Assembly (NCBI GenBank): GCA_001769125.1
Contig: MEOG01000096.1
Span: 69,130-133,129 of the forward strand
Direction of reading: 5' to 3'
DNA length: 64,000 bases
From: Bacteroidetes bacterium GWF2_35_48
GTDB taxonomy: Bacteria > Bacteroidota > Bacteroidia > Bacteroidales > GWF2-35-48
Part shown: piece by piece, positions 34,372-44,114 of the stretch
Position numbering within the stretch: position 1 is the stretch's first letter
How the letters are laid out: each line of letters opens with the position of its first letter
Made by a program: the position numbers and the translations under genes
Notes under the pieces: generated by a model
Told to the model about the DNA's origin: nothing
Seen by the model: the letters and a program-made list of their open reading frames with translations, nothing else
Database searches by the model: none

Positions 34372-34560
34372 ATGAAAACACTATTAAATGGCAAGATGAA
34401 AAATAGATTATTAGCAATAGTTTGCATTGCTTCTTCAATAACCATGTTATATGCTTTTTTTATTAGAAGTACAGAGAAAAAAATTGAGATACAAACAATG
34501 AATAATGAGCATCTGGATTACAAGGAAAGCTCTTTTTACAGTTTGATACAAATATTCTGA
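34372..34560 (+). CDS. Small single-pass membrane protein (hypothetical)
   Basis: 62 aa with one hydrophobic helix (LLAIVCIASSITMLYAFFI). It has a promoter box directly upstream and lies 25 nt before the next gene. No homology recognised. Confidence 0.35.
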   Translation: MKTLLNGKMKNRLLAIVCIASSITMLYAFFIRSTEKKIEIQTMNNEHLDYKESSFYSLIQIF

Positions 34561-34585
34561 AATATAAATTTAATACCTTAAAATT

Positions 34586-35548
34586 ATGAAAACAAAAAAT
34601 TTATTTACGCAAATGGTTCTTGTATCTGGTCTCTTTTTTATGGGAATGATTGTATTTAGTTGCTCATCGTATGCCCAGAATAAAAAGGAGAAAAAAAGTA
34701 AAGATATTATGCGCATCTGTATTGAAAAAGATGGAGATGGAAAAACTGTAAAATTTGATACCTTGATAAGCAGCGATAGCAATGTAGATATTGAAGACGA
34801 ACTAAGATCCATGAAAATTGAATTACCCGGTTTTTCTTTCAATATTGATGTAGATGAAGATGTATCTGATGACTCCGATAAATCTCTTTCTGGAAAAAAG
34901 AAAAGAAAAAAAGAGCGCGTAATAATGAGTATGTCGTGCAGCGATTTGGATGATCTTGACAATCTGGATGAGAAAATTGAAAAAGCAGTGAAAGCAATGA
35001 CTATTAATTGCATTGTAGAGGATGAGGACAATGAAAATGTGTTAATTGATTTCCCTTTTACCAGTTCTTCTAAAGCAAAAGTATATAAAAATGTCTTGCA
35101 TATAGATGGCGATGAAAATGGAAAAATTTGCAAACGAATTATTATTGATATAGATGATGATACTGATACCGGGAATAGTGAGGGAGTCGTAAAAGAAACA
35201 GAATATGTAAGAATTAAAGTAAGGATTTCTGAACTAACGATAGCCGAAAAAAAACTTGTGGAAAAAGCCGGTGTTAGTGATAAAAAAATACTTTCAGTGG
35301 ATGATTTGCATTTTGCTCCGAACTTAGGCAGTAAGCAGTTTGACGTAAGTTTTTCTTTACAGGAAAAGGGTAGGGCAGAGGTGAAAATTTTTGATATGAA
35401 TGGAAAAGAAATTTATAGTGAAAATGTAAAAGATTTTCCGGGAACATATAAAAAGTCTGTTGATTTATCGGGCAAAACAAGCGGCATTTACCTGTTAGTT
35501 ATATCTCAGGGAGGAAAAAGTTTTTGCAGGAAAATTGCAGTGCAATAA
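34586..35548 (+). CDS. Acidic low-complexity secreted protein with T9SS CTD
   Basis: 320 aa with a signal peptide and D/E-rich tracts. The C-terminus FDVSFSLQEKGRAEVKIFDMNGKEIY...GIYLLVISQGG is a T9SS CTD. The antisense ORF 34570..35133 is judged spurious. Confidence 0.7.
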   Translation: MKTKNLFTQMVLVSGLFFMGMIVFSCSSYAQNKKEKKSKDIMRICIEKDGDGKTVKFDTLISSDSNVDIEDELRSMKIELPGFSFNIDVDEDVSDDSDKSLSGKKKRKKERVIMSMSCSDLDDLDNLDEKIEKAVKAMTINCIVEDEDNENVLIDFPFTSSSKAKVYKNVLHIDGDENGKICKRIIIDIDDDTDTGNSEGVVKETEYVRIKVRISELTIAEKKLVEKAGVSDKKILSVDDLHFAPNLGSKQFDVSFSLQEKGRAEVKIFDMNGKEIYSENVKDFPGTYKKSVDLSGKTSGIYLLVISQGGKSFCRKIAVQ

Positions 35549-35611
35549 TTTATAATTTTTGTAGAATAAAAGGAATTTGCTATACTCGCAATAAATCTAA
35601 AATTTTCAATT

Positions 35612-35893
35612 ATGTTTAAAGTAAATGAATATTTCAATGGCAATGTGAAATCCATTGCTTTGCAAACAGCGGATGGTCCTGCAACAATTGGCGCAATGGC
35701 TAAAGGCGAGTATGAATTCGGAACTTCTTCAGTAGAGTTTATGACGGTTATTACCGGAAAACTTATAGTAAAATTACCGGGACACGATCACTGGCATGAT
35801 TTCGGTCCGGGACAAACATTTAAAGTGGAAGCGAATGAGAAATTTCAGTTAAAAGTGCCAGAAGATTCCTCGTATTTATGTTTGTATAAGTAG
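35612..35893 (+). CDS. ppnP: Pyrimidine/purine nucleoside phosphorylase (DUF1255/YaiE family)
   Basis: 93 aa. [11 protein letters not shown]...GEYEFGT...E.M.V..G is the cupin-fold PpnP signature. Confidence 0.85.
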   Translation: MFKVNEYFNGNVKSIALQTADGPATIGAMAKGEYEFGTSSVEFMTVITGKLIVKLPGHDHWHDFGPGQTFKVEANEKFQLKVPEDSSYLCLYK

Positions 35894-36034
35894 TGTTTGT
35901 CCATAAAGTCTGTGTCTGATTCAGAATGTTCGAGAGCGAGGCTTTCGCAGAATTGAAAATCAGGGAGTTTACTTGAGTAAACGACCGTTTTCAATTCAAG
36001 AGTAACGAAGCTATCGGACATTATGGACGGACAC
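35893..36034 (-). repeat. Structured intergenic repeat, family A copy 3 (inverted orientation, diverged stems)
   Basis: The reverse complement keeps the blocks CGTTACTCTTG, TGAAAACGGTCGTTTAC, AAGTAAACTCC and CGAAAGCC in the same order as copies 1 and 2. Its outer stem (GTGTCCGTCCATAATGTC / GACTTTATGGACAAACAC) and inner stem (GAATTGAAAA / TTTTCAATTC) are different sequences that still pair. Confidence 0.65.
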
Positions 36035-36041
36035 GAAGTAG

Positions 36042-37496
36042 TTATTCGACAATAAATTTTTCTGAAAAAGATTGAGTTTCGGTTTTTACATTTAGAACGT
36101 AAATTCCTTTTTCATGTATAAAATTAAGAGGGATACTTTGTGTCCCTTTTTCTTTATTTAAAGGTGTTATTTCCTTTATTTTTTTCCCAAGTATATCCAA
36201 TATCTCAATTTTGATATTTTCGGTTTTTTGAAAATTGAATTCCAAAACAGATTCGTGAGTAACAGGCATGGGAAAAATTTTTATGAATGCATCTTCATTG
36301 TTTTTATTCTCTGATGAAGAAATTGTATAACTTTTCAAACTGGGTGTCTGTAAGAATACACCTGAGTCAAATGAAGAGTCATAACAATCTGCAATTGCAA
36401 TTTTTAAATGATAAACAGCAGACGGAATTACAGCTACAGTAGCTGTCAGAAATATTGTTAATCCATCATATTGAATATATAAATCATTTGAATTTTCATA
36501 GTAAAATTGTGAATTAATCACGTCATTTACATTGTTAATACTGACGGGAAGATATGTCCCGGGTAGTAATGCTATGTTTTTTCCAATATAATTGCCTCCC
36601 GCAGGGTCGGATCCGGTAATGAAAAAACCAAACACATCATTATAATTGCTATTGGCAAATTCAGGATATTCTTCAGAACCGAAGGTATAATTAAATTCAA
36701 GAACATTTCCGGATGGAATAACATTAAATTCTAAAACTGAAGCGTCATATAAATTGGAGGGACTGGTATTTATGGAATTTGCAAGATTGGTATCTGACTC
36801 AGGACCTGTAAGAGTGCCGCTGACTGAACCATTATTATTAGGCCCATTTGCATTCATTATACTGCCGGTTGAAATAATAATTCCCTCATTCATTCCTATT
36901 TGAGCATTTCCAGCATTTGAAAAAGTTCCAATACCCATAGAGTCTCCGGTGTAACGCACACTATCAATTGTAACTCCATATTGTGTAAAAGCTGCAACAA
37001 GTGATTCATAATTTGTAGCAGGTGCAATATTTAAAATATTTGTTGTATCATTTAAAATATTTGATGTATCTTCAGGTTCCGGATAATAATAGGCAATCGA
37101 AATTGTGAACATATCGCTGATGTTATTCCATACACGAAGCCAAATTTGGTTATTCGGTAAGCTGTCTGAGGCAGAAAAAGAATGTATGTTACATCCAATA
37201 TTATAAAGCGAATCGCATGAATTTCCTCTATAAAAATAAACAGGGATTGTGCCGGACAATATTATTGTGCCTGTATCAGGAACAACAACTTTATACCAAA
37301 TATCTTTACCTGTATTTGCATTGCAGAGATTGGGAACATTCGAATACGTTGAAGCAACAACATTATAATGTAAATAATGATTGCTTATATTGTTTTCAAG
37401 TAAAATAGCGCCACAAGGTTCGTCATTTATTGGTGGTTGCGCTTTGATAAATGAAAAACAAAAGAACAGTAAAATATTTACGAATATAAACCTCAT
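36042..37496 (-). CDS. Choice-of-anchor L domain protein with T9SS CTD
   Basis: 484 aa. GIIISTGSI, ASVLEFNVIPSGNVLEFNYTFGSEEYPEF and NDVFGFFITG match the choice-of-anchor L family. The C-terminus IKIFPMPVTHESVLEF...GIYVLNVKT is a CTD. Confidence 0.75.
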   Translation of the reverse strand: MRFIFVNILLFFCFSFIKAQPPINDEPCGAILLENNISNHYLHYNVVASTYSNVPNLCNANTGKDIWYKVVVPDTGTIILSGTIPVYFYRGNSCDSLYNIGCNIHSFSASDSLPNNQIWLRVWNNISDMFTISIAYYYPEPEDTSNILNDTTNILNIAPATNYESLVAAFTQYGVTIDSVRYTGDSMGIGTFSNAGNAQIGMNEGIIISTGSIMNANGPNNNGSVSGTLTGPESDTNLANSINTSPSNLYDASVLEFNVIPSGNVLEFNYTFGSEEYPEFANSNYNDVFGFFITGSDPAGGNYIGKNIALLPGTYLPVSINNVNDVINSQFYYENSNDLYIQYDGLTIFLTATVAVIPSAVYHLKIAIADCYDSSFDSGVFLQTPSLKSYTISSSENKNNEDAFIKIFPMPVTHESVLEFNFQKTENIKIEILDILGKKIKEITPLNKEKGTQSIPLNFIHEKGIYVLNVKTETQSFSEKFIVE

Positions 37497-37623
37497 ACAA
37501 TAGATATTGATTTTTTTATATAAGACAATTAATAATGAAAATAGTTGTCTGAACGTAAATTAAAACTTGTTATAAAACATTAATTTTATTTCTGTTCTTT
37601 TGTGCATGAATGAAATGAAACAT

Positions 37624-37631
37624 TATTTTTG
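37624..37631 (+). promoter_or_regulatory. -7 promoter box TATTTTTG upstream of pta
   Basis: TAnnTTTG match 21 nt before the ATG at 37652. Confidence 0.4.
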
Positions 37632-37651
37632 TTAGAAATAATTAAAAAAAA

Positions 37652-38653
37652 ATGGTTATGGATTTAATGCAGAACATCAAAGAAAATGCAAAGAAGCGTA
37701 TTAAGCGCATTGTATTACCGGAAGGAACTTCTGAAAGAACGGTAAAAGCAGCCGATATTATTCTTAAAGAAAAAATTGCGGATCTTATTCTTTTAGGAAA
37801 TATTGAAGAAATAGCAGCATTGGAAAAACAATTCGGACTTGATTTATCAAAAGCTGAAATTATTGATCCCAAAACTTCTCCCAAGCGAGAACTTTACATT
37901 GAGAAATTAATGGAGTTACGTAAATCAAAAGGTCTTACAAAGGTAGAAGCCGGAAAACTTCTTGATCAGGAAATCTATTGGGGTCCCATGATGATTTTTA
38001 TGGGCGATGCAGACGGTGAAGTATCCGGTGCAGAACATACAACTGCTGATACTGTTCGCCCTGCGCTACAGATTGTGAAAACGACTCCCGGTATTTCTGT
38101 TGTTAGCGGTGCTATGGTTATGGTCAGTAAGAAAAAAGAATTGGGACAAGATGGCGTATTTATTTTTGCAGATGTTGCCATTACTCCAAATCCTACTGCC
38201 GAACAATTAGCTGAAATAGCCATTTGCAGCGCAGAAACCGCGAAAATGGTTGCCGGCATCGAAATGCCCCGTGTGGCTTTACTGTCATTTTCTACAAAAG
38301 GATCTGCAGAACATGAGCTTGCTGATAAAGTTATCAAAGCAACGGCCCTCGCAAAAGAACGCAGGCCCGACCTTCATTTTGACGGCGAATTACAAGCCGA
38401 TGCTGCTTTGATTGAAAAAGTAGGACAGAAAAAAGCGCCCGGTTCTCCTGTTGCTGGTCTTGCAAATGTGCTTGTATTTCCCGATTTACAGGCAGGAAAT
38501 ATCGGCTACAAACTTGTGGAGCGTTTAGGAGATGCTGAAGCTGTTGGTCCTGTATTGCAAGGCTTGGGTGCTCCTATTAATGACCTTTCCAGAGGTTGCA
38601 GTGTGAGCGATATCGTGAATCTTGTTGCGATCACTTCAAGTCAGGTTAAATAG
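37652..38653 (+). CDS. pta: Phosphate acetyltransferase
   Basis: 333 aa. RIVLPEG..ER, the GGAEHTTADTVRPALQ-like segment SGAEHTTADTVRPALQIVKT, and FPDLQAGNIGYKL are classic Pta motifs. Confidence 0.93.
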   Translation: MVMDLMQNIKENAKKRIKRIVLPEGTSERTVKAADIILKEKIADLILLGNIEEIAALEKQFGLDLSKAEIIDPKTSPKRELYIEKLMELRKSKGLTKVEAGKLLDQEIYWGPMMIFMGDADGEVSGAEHTTADTVRPALQIVKTTPGISVVSGAMVMVSKKKELGQDGVFIFADVAITPNPTAEQLAEIAICSAETAKMVAGIEMPRVALLSFSTKGSAEHELADKVIKATALAKERRPDLHFDGELQADAALIEKVGQKKAPGSPVAGLANVLVFPDLQAGNIGYKLVERLGDAEAVGPVLQGLGAPINDLSRGCSVSDIVNLVAITSSQVK

Positions 38654-38743
38654 TGTTTTACATGTTCAATGTTTAACAGCTAATTGAGCTTGAGGTTACA
38701 GAGTAATGTCGAAGCCGGATTCATTATAAATATATTATTCAGT

Positions 38744-38774
38744 ACAAAAACGTTACAATAAGTAACGTTTTTGT
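38744..38774. terminator. Hairpin, possible bidirectional terminator between convergent pta and the M14 adhesin gene
   Basis: Perfect 13-bp stem ACAAAAACGTTAC/GTAACGTTTTTGT with loop AATAA. The stem is AT-rich and the T-run partly lies inside it. Confidence 0.5.
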
Positions 38775-38796
38775 ATTTTGGCAAAGTTCAGCATCG

Positions 38797-41700
38797 TTAC
38801 TTTTCTAAATATATTTTTATTGCATCAGAAGTTTTATATCCAAAGAATTTTAAAAAATAAATACCATTGGAAAAACGATTCAAATCAATATTAATATCTG
38901 ATGATATAATATCAGATGATATAATTTTTTTCCCGGTTATATCATAAACTTCATAAAACTGAAAGTCAGTATTCGCATTTTTCACGATTAGCAAACCATT
39001 TGTCGGGTTTGGAAAAATTTCAATTTTATCTATACCAATGGTAGCAACAGAAATTAACACATCAATAACCACTGGTGTAGTTGCGAAGCAGCCATTCGCA
39101 TCAATTACCGCGATGCTGTATGTTCCTGCTTGAACACCTGAAATACTGTCGGTATGAGAACCAGTGTTCCAGTTATACGTGTACGGAGGCGTTCCTCCTG
39201 TAACAAGGGCGTGAGCAGCTCCATCACTAGCTCCTGACTGCGATACCTGTGTTATTGTAACATTCAGGGATAATTGCAGTGGTTCAGAAATTGTATCTAT
39301 TAAAACAATTGTACAATTATTACTATCAGTAACAGCTACAGTATAAATACCCGAAACAACACCTGATATTGTATTTGTTAAAGCTCCGTTTGACCAGGCA
39401 TAAGAAAAAGGAGCTATTCCTGCTGTTACATTAACAGAAGCAGAACCTGTGCCTCCGAAACAAGCAGCATTCGTAACATTCATTACTGCATCAACAGAAG
39501 GTGTTGCATTAATCGTAACATTTATTTCTGAATTGCAAAAATTTTCATCCGTAGCAGTAACAAAATAAGTATCAGGAGCAAGATTGGTCTGCAATGCACT
39601 ACTACTTCCATTACTCCATAAAAAAGTAATTGCGCCCGTTCCGCCTGTAGCAGAAACACCCGCAAGCCCATTATTCTCATTACATGTAGCATCCATCACA
39701 TTTGCAATAATTTCAATATTTCCGGGCTGATAAATTGTATCAGCAATGGTAATGGAACAATTAAATTCATCGGTAATGGTTACAGAATAAATTCCGGCGG
39801 GAAGATTCGTAATATTATTTTGAGAACTGTTATCAGACCAGTTATACGTATAAGTTCCACTTCCATTAACGGTAACAGCAGAAGTTCCAGTTGTAGTACC
39901 ATAGCATAAAAGATCAGTACTGGAAATACTTGCTGTAAACGGAGCCGTGTTAGAAATCACAGCACTTTCTACCAGTTCACAATTATTCAGATCTTTTATT
40001 GTTACATAATAAGTGCCTTCCGCTAAATTTGAAATTACAGAAGTAGTTTCATTTGTACTCCACATATACGTAAGACTGCCTGTTCCTCCACCTGCAGTAA
40101 CAGTAGCCAAACCATTAGCCAAACCGCAACTTGCATTGGTTGTGTTTACAGAAGCAGTTATTGCAGAAGGCTCTGTCAGAGTTACAGAAGCATCAGAGGC
40201 GCAACCTGCAGCATTTATAACTGTTACGTAATAAGTTGCTGCGGAAAGACCGCTTATAGTTGCTGTATGTTCTGAATTAGACCAGTTGTAAACAAAAGGA
40301 GCAGTCCCTGTAACATTGGCAAGAGCCTCGCCGGAATTATTTCCATTGCAAGTTAGATTTGTTCCATTTATTGTAACAACAGGATATTCAAAAACAGCAA
40401 CCTCCGAAACATTTGAATAAGCATCAGGGCAACCAGCTTCAGATAAAACAGTCCTGTAGTAGGTTGTTTCTGTAAGATTTGGTGTAATATAATTATTTGT
40501 AGTTGCTCCGCTTCCTCCGGTAACATTACTCCATCCGGTTGAACCATCAGCAGATTGTTGCCATTGCAACGACGTACCACTGTAAGCAGACAAACTTAAT
40601 TCTGTTGAATTGCCTGTGCAGATAGAATCATTATCAGCTAAAGATACTCCTCCGACAGCACCTTGGTTGACTGTAACCTGAATTACATTCGAGTTTAGAG
40701 AAGTACAATTTCCAGATGTTACGACTGCTCTGAAATAAGAAGTTGAATTCAATGCTTCTGTCGTAACATTTTCGCTTGTTGCGCCTGCCAAATTTTCCCA
40801 GTTTGTTGTTCCATCGGATGAAACCTGCCACTGTATTGCTCCTGTGAAACCTGACAAAGAAAGATCAACCGTATTCTGATAACATACGATAGTTTCATCA
40901 ACCACTGCTGTTCCTGCTACAGAAAGAGGATCAACCGTTATTTCAACAACATCAGAATAAACATCCGGACAAGCGCCATGAGACAGGCGGGCTCTGTAAA
41001 ATCCGGTAGAGGAAAGTACAATCGTAGTATAAGAATCTGTTGTTGCGCCACTGCCACCTGTAACATCCGTCCATCCCGTTAATCCGTCGGATGATTGCTC
41101 CCATTGAATTGTACCTGTTGAGCCAGTAAGATTGATAATCGCAGGACTTCCTGTACAAACAGAATTCGTTACAGGAACAGCAATTCCGCTAACAGGACCG
41201 GGAGTAACTGTTACAGAAACCGTGTTGGATGTTTGACTTGAACAACCTGAAGAAGACAATACTGCACGGAAATAAGTTGTAGTAGTTAATGTGGCTGTTG
41301 TGTAAATATCAGTAGTTGCGCCCGAGCCACCGATAACATTTGTCCAACCGCTAATACCGTCAGCAGATTGTTCCCACTGGATATCGCCGGATGAACTTGC
41401 AAGCGTTAAAGTTGTTGAACTTCCTGTGCAAACAGAAAGAGAAATCGGTGAAATTATCCCACCTATAGGTTCGGACGTAACTGTAATTTGAATAACATTG
41501 GAGTAAGCATCATCACAACCGGAAGCCGAAACAACAGCCCTATAAAAAGTTGTAGTTGTTATTGAAGCTGTAGAATACGAATCTGTTGTAGCTCCTGAAC
41601 CGTCGGTAACATTAGCCCAGGCACTTGTGCCATCAACAGATTGCTGCCACTGAATAGATGTTCCTGTATAACCTGATAAATTCAGTGTTGTTGTATTTCC

Positions 41701-44103
41701 TGAACAAACCGAATTATAAACGGCAGAAGAAATGCCGGCATCAGGGCTTGGAGCTACAGTAGCAGTAACAATTGTTCTGGTACTTGCACAACCAGTTGCT
41801 TGTATTTCCCAATCATAGAAAAAATAATAAAATCTTAAATTATCAGCATTATTTCCAGTAATACTGATAGCATTGTCAATCGTATAAGGAAAAGGTTTAA
41901 TTGGCCCTATTGTTGAACCATCACGCCATAAATTATTTGCAGCTTCAAGTGTACGCAATTCATATCCTGTGCCGGGCTCTAAAAAGAAATTTAAAGCAAC
42001 GCGGCTTTCTCCTTGTGGTACTGCCACGTTTGCACTTACTACTACTTCAGCACTACTGTTGATTACCTGAAAAGTAAGATTGCCACTTACATTATTATAA
42101 ACCTTAACAGAAACTAAATTCAGAGGAGCAAGAACATCAAAATATAAAGTACGATTCGTGGTGCTTGTCCAATATTGACCTGTTGCAGTATTATCTGTTT
42201 CCCCAACATATTCAGAAGAAGAATAGACAAAACTCTCAACATAATAAGATGTGGTCTGAGAAATAACAGGTGTTGTATAATCCGTTCCGGTAAAAAGATA
42301 GCTACCACCCGTTGAAGCATCATACCAGTTTAAAGTACCATTGCCACTAGCAGAAAGGCTTACCGTGCCTGATCCACAAATAGAATTTCCTGTAGTAACC
42401 GGAGGAGTTGCAAGTGTTACTGCAATATAATCTGGTTTCACAACATCATCAGAACCTGCGCAACCTGAAACGGTTAAAGACACTGTATAATTACCATCAG
42501 CGCTATAATTGTGTGTAGGATTTTGTTCCGTTGAAGTAGCACCATCCCCGAAATTCCATGCCCATTGAGAAACACCGGCAACATTGCTTGAAAAAATAAC
42601 TGTTCCAGAGCAAGTCGTTGTTATATCAGATAAAAAGTCGGCAACAGGAGCATTTGGAGTTACCTGCACATTCTGAATTGTAGTATGCTTGTCTGTTACA
42701 CTTATTCCTGTAATTGTTTGCGATTGATAACCGGGAGCAGAATACGTAAGCGAATATGTTCCGGCTTTAATAGGTCTGTGATAATCTCCTACAGAAGCCG
42801 TACTGTAAACAAAAGAGCTGTCGTTATCCTGATCATGCGAATTTATAAAAACTTTTGCATGAACAGGCAATCCGGTGCAGGCATCTGTTATTACACCATG
42901 AATACCAAATGTTACATGCTCAAGATAATTCAGCAAAGAACGGTAATTATAATTCCAGTAATTTTGCAACTGTGATGCTGCCAGTAATTTTGTTACAGAC
43001 AATTCAAGAGTAACCTCGCGACAATGATGGTACCAATTCATATAATCCTGTCTGCCTCCTGTAATTACGTACCAATCGCCACCCTCTGTATATCCTGTTG
43101 AGATAACATCTGTAAAATAATTTGCAGGACCGTAATGCATTGCAGTATCAGCATATTCTTTAGAAACATAATTCCACCAGTTTGCATCGGCAATGGGATT
43201 TCCGGCAGTTGTCCAGGTATCCCACGGATAGTTGACAACAGAAGCACCTCCGTGTGTATTTGCTCCCATCACGATGTTGTGTTCCTGAGCAAAATTCATA
43301 AATGCTACCGTTTCTTCCTGCCATGCCTGACCATCAGGATGCAAGCCTGCTCTAGGGTCGGGAAAATTTCTGTTATAATCAATATTATTCGCATTTCCGC
43401 GGGTTGCGCCGGTTACAGTCAGGTCTCCTCCTTTATAAGTGCCATCAGGGTTCGCGAGTGGGCAAACAAATAATTCTATATTATTTACAAGATTTGTTAC
43501 ACGAGCATCAGTTCCATAATTGTTCAGCAAATAATTGATAAGCCGAAGCAATAAAATGTAGCCTGTTGTTTCATCACCATGCATGGTTCCTGAATATAAA
43601 AATTCAGATTCTCCTTCGTTGCTACTAACATTATCAGAAATTTTAACGCAAAGTAATTTCCTTCCGCTGGCAAGAATAGCAATTGTATCCAAACGACATA
43701 AGTCCGGAAAGTTAGCAGCAAAAGTTGCCATCATTGTTTCGTATTGCGGATAAGTTGGATAGGTATCAAAATCCCATATTCCTTTGCTCTGATCCCACAT
43801 CTCAGCTACTGCATCGCCCGGATGCGGCAGCACTTCAAAATTATATCCTTTTAAAAGAAAAGTGTTAAATTCATTAGTATTTGCATAAGCCCATACCTGA
43901 AGGTTTTTCACATTGTCAATAGATATGATGCGTGTAAGTTCATTAATCTCACTCTTCGATTGAATACTGAAAGTAAAGTAAACTTCCCCTTTTTGCTGAA
44001 GATATGCATTTGCTTTTAAGATTTCTATATCATTCTGTGCATAAATATCAGCTCCTGAAAAACACAAAATAATACTTAATAAAAAAATGTAAAAATTTTT
44101 CAT
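38797..44103 (-). CDS. Giant T9SS cargo: M14 zinc carboxypeptidase + PKD + ~6 Cys-containing Ig-like repeats + ~6 SprB-type repeats + CTD
   Basis: 1768 aa. M14 motifs are MHGDETTG, NTHGGA and TLELS. The PKD region has WNFGDGATSTEQNPTHNY. The ~95-aa repeats carry IQW(Q/E)QS.DG..GW.NV.GGSGATTD.Y. The SprB-like repeats read C.G...G.A...V.GG..PY.Y.WS.G. The C-terminal CTD is IEIFPNPTNGLLIV. Confidence 0.85.
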   Translation of the reverse strand: MKNFYIFLLSIILCFSGADIYAQNDIEILKANAYLQQKGEVYFTFSIQSKSEINELTRIISIDNVKNLQVWAYANTNEFNTFLLKGYNFEVLPHPGDAVAEMWDQSKGIWDFDTYPTYPQYETMMATFAANFPDLCRLDTIAILASGRKLLCVKISDNVSSNEGESEFLYSGTMHGDETTGYILLLRLINYLLNNYGTDARVTNLVNNIELFVCPLANPDGTYKGGDLTVTGATRGNANNIDYNRNFPDPRAGLHPDGQAWQEETVAFMNFAQEHNIVMGANTHGGASVVNYPWDTWTTAGNPIADANWWNYVSKEYADTAMHYGPANYFTDVISTGYTEGGDWYVITGGRQDYMNWYHHCREVTLELSVTKLLAASQLQNYWNYNYRSLLNYLEHVTFGIHGVITDACTGLPVHAKVFINSHDQDNDSSFVYSTASVGDYHRPIKAGTYSLTYSAPGYQSQTITGISVTDKHTTIQNVQVTPNAPVADFLSDITTTCSGTVIFSSNVAGVSQWAWNFGDGATSTEQNPTHNYSADGNYTVSLTVSGCAGSDDVVKPDYIAVTLATPPVTTGNSICGSGTVSLSASGNGTLNWYDASTGGSYLFTGTDYTTPVISQTTSYYVESFVYSSSEYVGETDNTATGQYWTSTTNRTLYFDVLAPLNLVSVKVYNNVSGNLTFQVINSSAEVVVSANVAVPQGESRVALNFFLEPGTGYELRTLEAANNLWRDGSTIGPIKPFPYTIDNAISITGNNADNLRFYYFFYDWEIQATGCASTRTIVTATVAPSPDAGISSAVYNSVCSGNTTTLNLSGYTGTSIQWQQSVDGTSAWANVTDGSGATTDSYSTASITTTTFYRAVVSASGCDDAYSNVIQITVTSEPIGGIISPISLSVCTGSSTTLTLASSSGDIQWEQSADGISGWTNVIGGSGATTDIYTTATLTTTTYFRAVLSSSGCSSQTSNTVSVTVTPGPVSGIAVPVTNSVCTGSPAIINLTGSTGTIQWEQSSDGLTGWTDVTGGSGATTDSYTTIVLSSTGFYRARLSHGACPDVYSDVVEITVDPLSVAGTAVVDETIVCYQNTVDLSLSGFTGAIQWQVSSDGTTNWENLAGATSENVTTEALNSTSYFRAVVTSGNCTSLNSNVIQVTVNQGAVGGVSLADNDSICTGNSTELSLSAYSGTSLQWQQSADGSTGWSNVTGGSGATTNNYITPNLTETTYYRTVLSEAGCPDAYSNVSEVAVFEYPVVTINGTNLTCNGNNSGEALANVTGTAPFVYNWSNSEHTATISGLSAATYYVTVINAAGCASDASVTLTEPSAITASVNTTNASCGLANGLATVTAGGGTGSLTYMWSTNETTSVISNLAEGTYYVTIKDLNNCELVESAVISNTAPFTASISSTDLLCYGTTTGTSAVTVNGSGTYTYNWSDNSSQNNITNLPAGIYSVTITDEFNCSITIADTIYQPGNIEIIANVMDATCNENNGLAGVSATGGTGAITFLWSNGSSSALQTNLAPDTYFVTATDENFCNSEINVTINATPSVDAVMNVTNAACFGGTGSASVNVTAGIAPFSYAWSNGALTNTISGVVSGIYTVAVTDSNNCTIVLIDTISEPLQLSLNVTITQVSQSGASDGAAHALVTGGTPPYTYNWNTGSHTDSISGVQAGTYSIAVIDANGCFATTPVVIDVLISVATIGIDKIEIFPNPTNGLLIVKNANTDFQFYEVYDITGKKIISSDIISSDINIDLNRFSNGIYFLKFFGYKTSDAIKIYLEK

Positions 44104-44114
44104 AACGCAATGAT

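Noticed and set aside
37652-38653. pta without an adjacent ackA as a sign of rearrangement
   Set aside because: Separation of pta and ackA is not rare. Nothing in the flanks (an intact promoter box and a terminator-like hairpin) suggests disruption.
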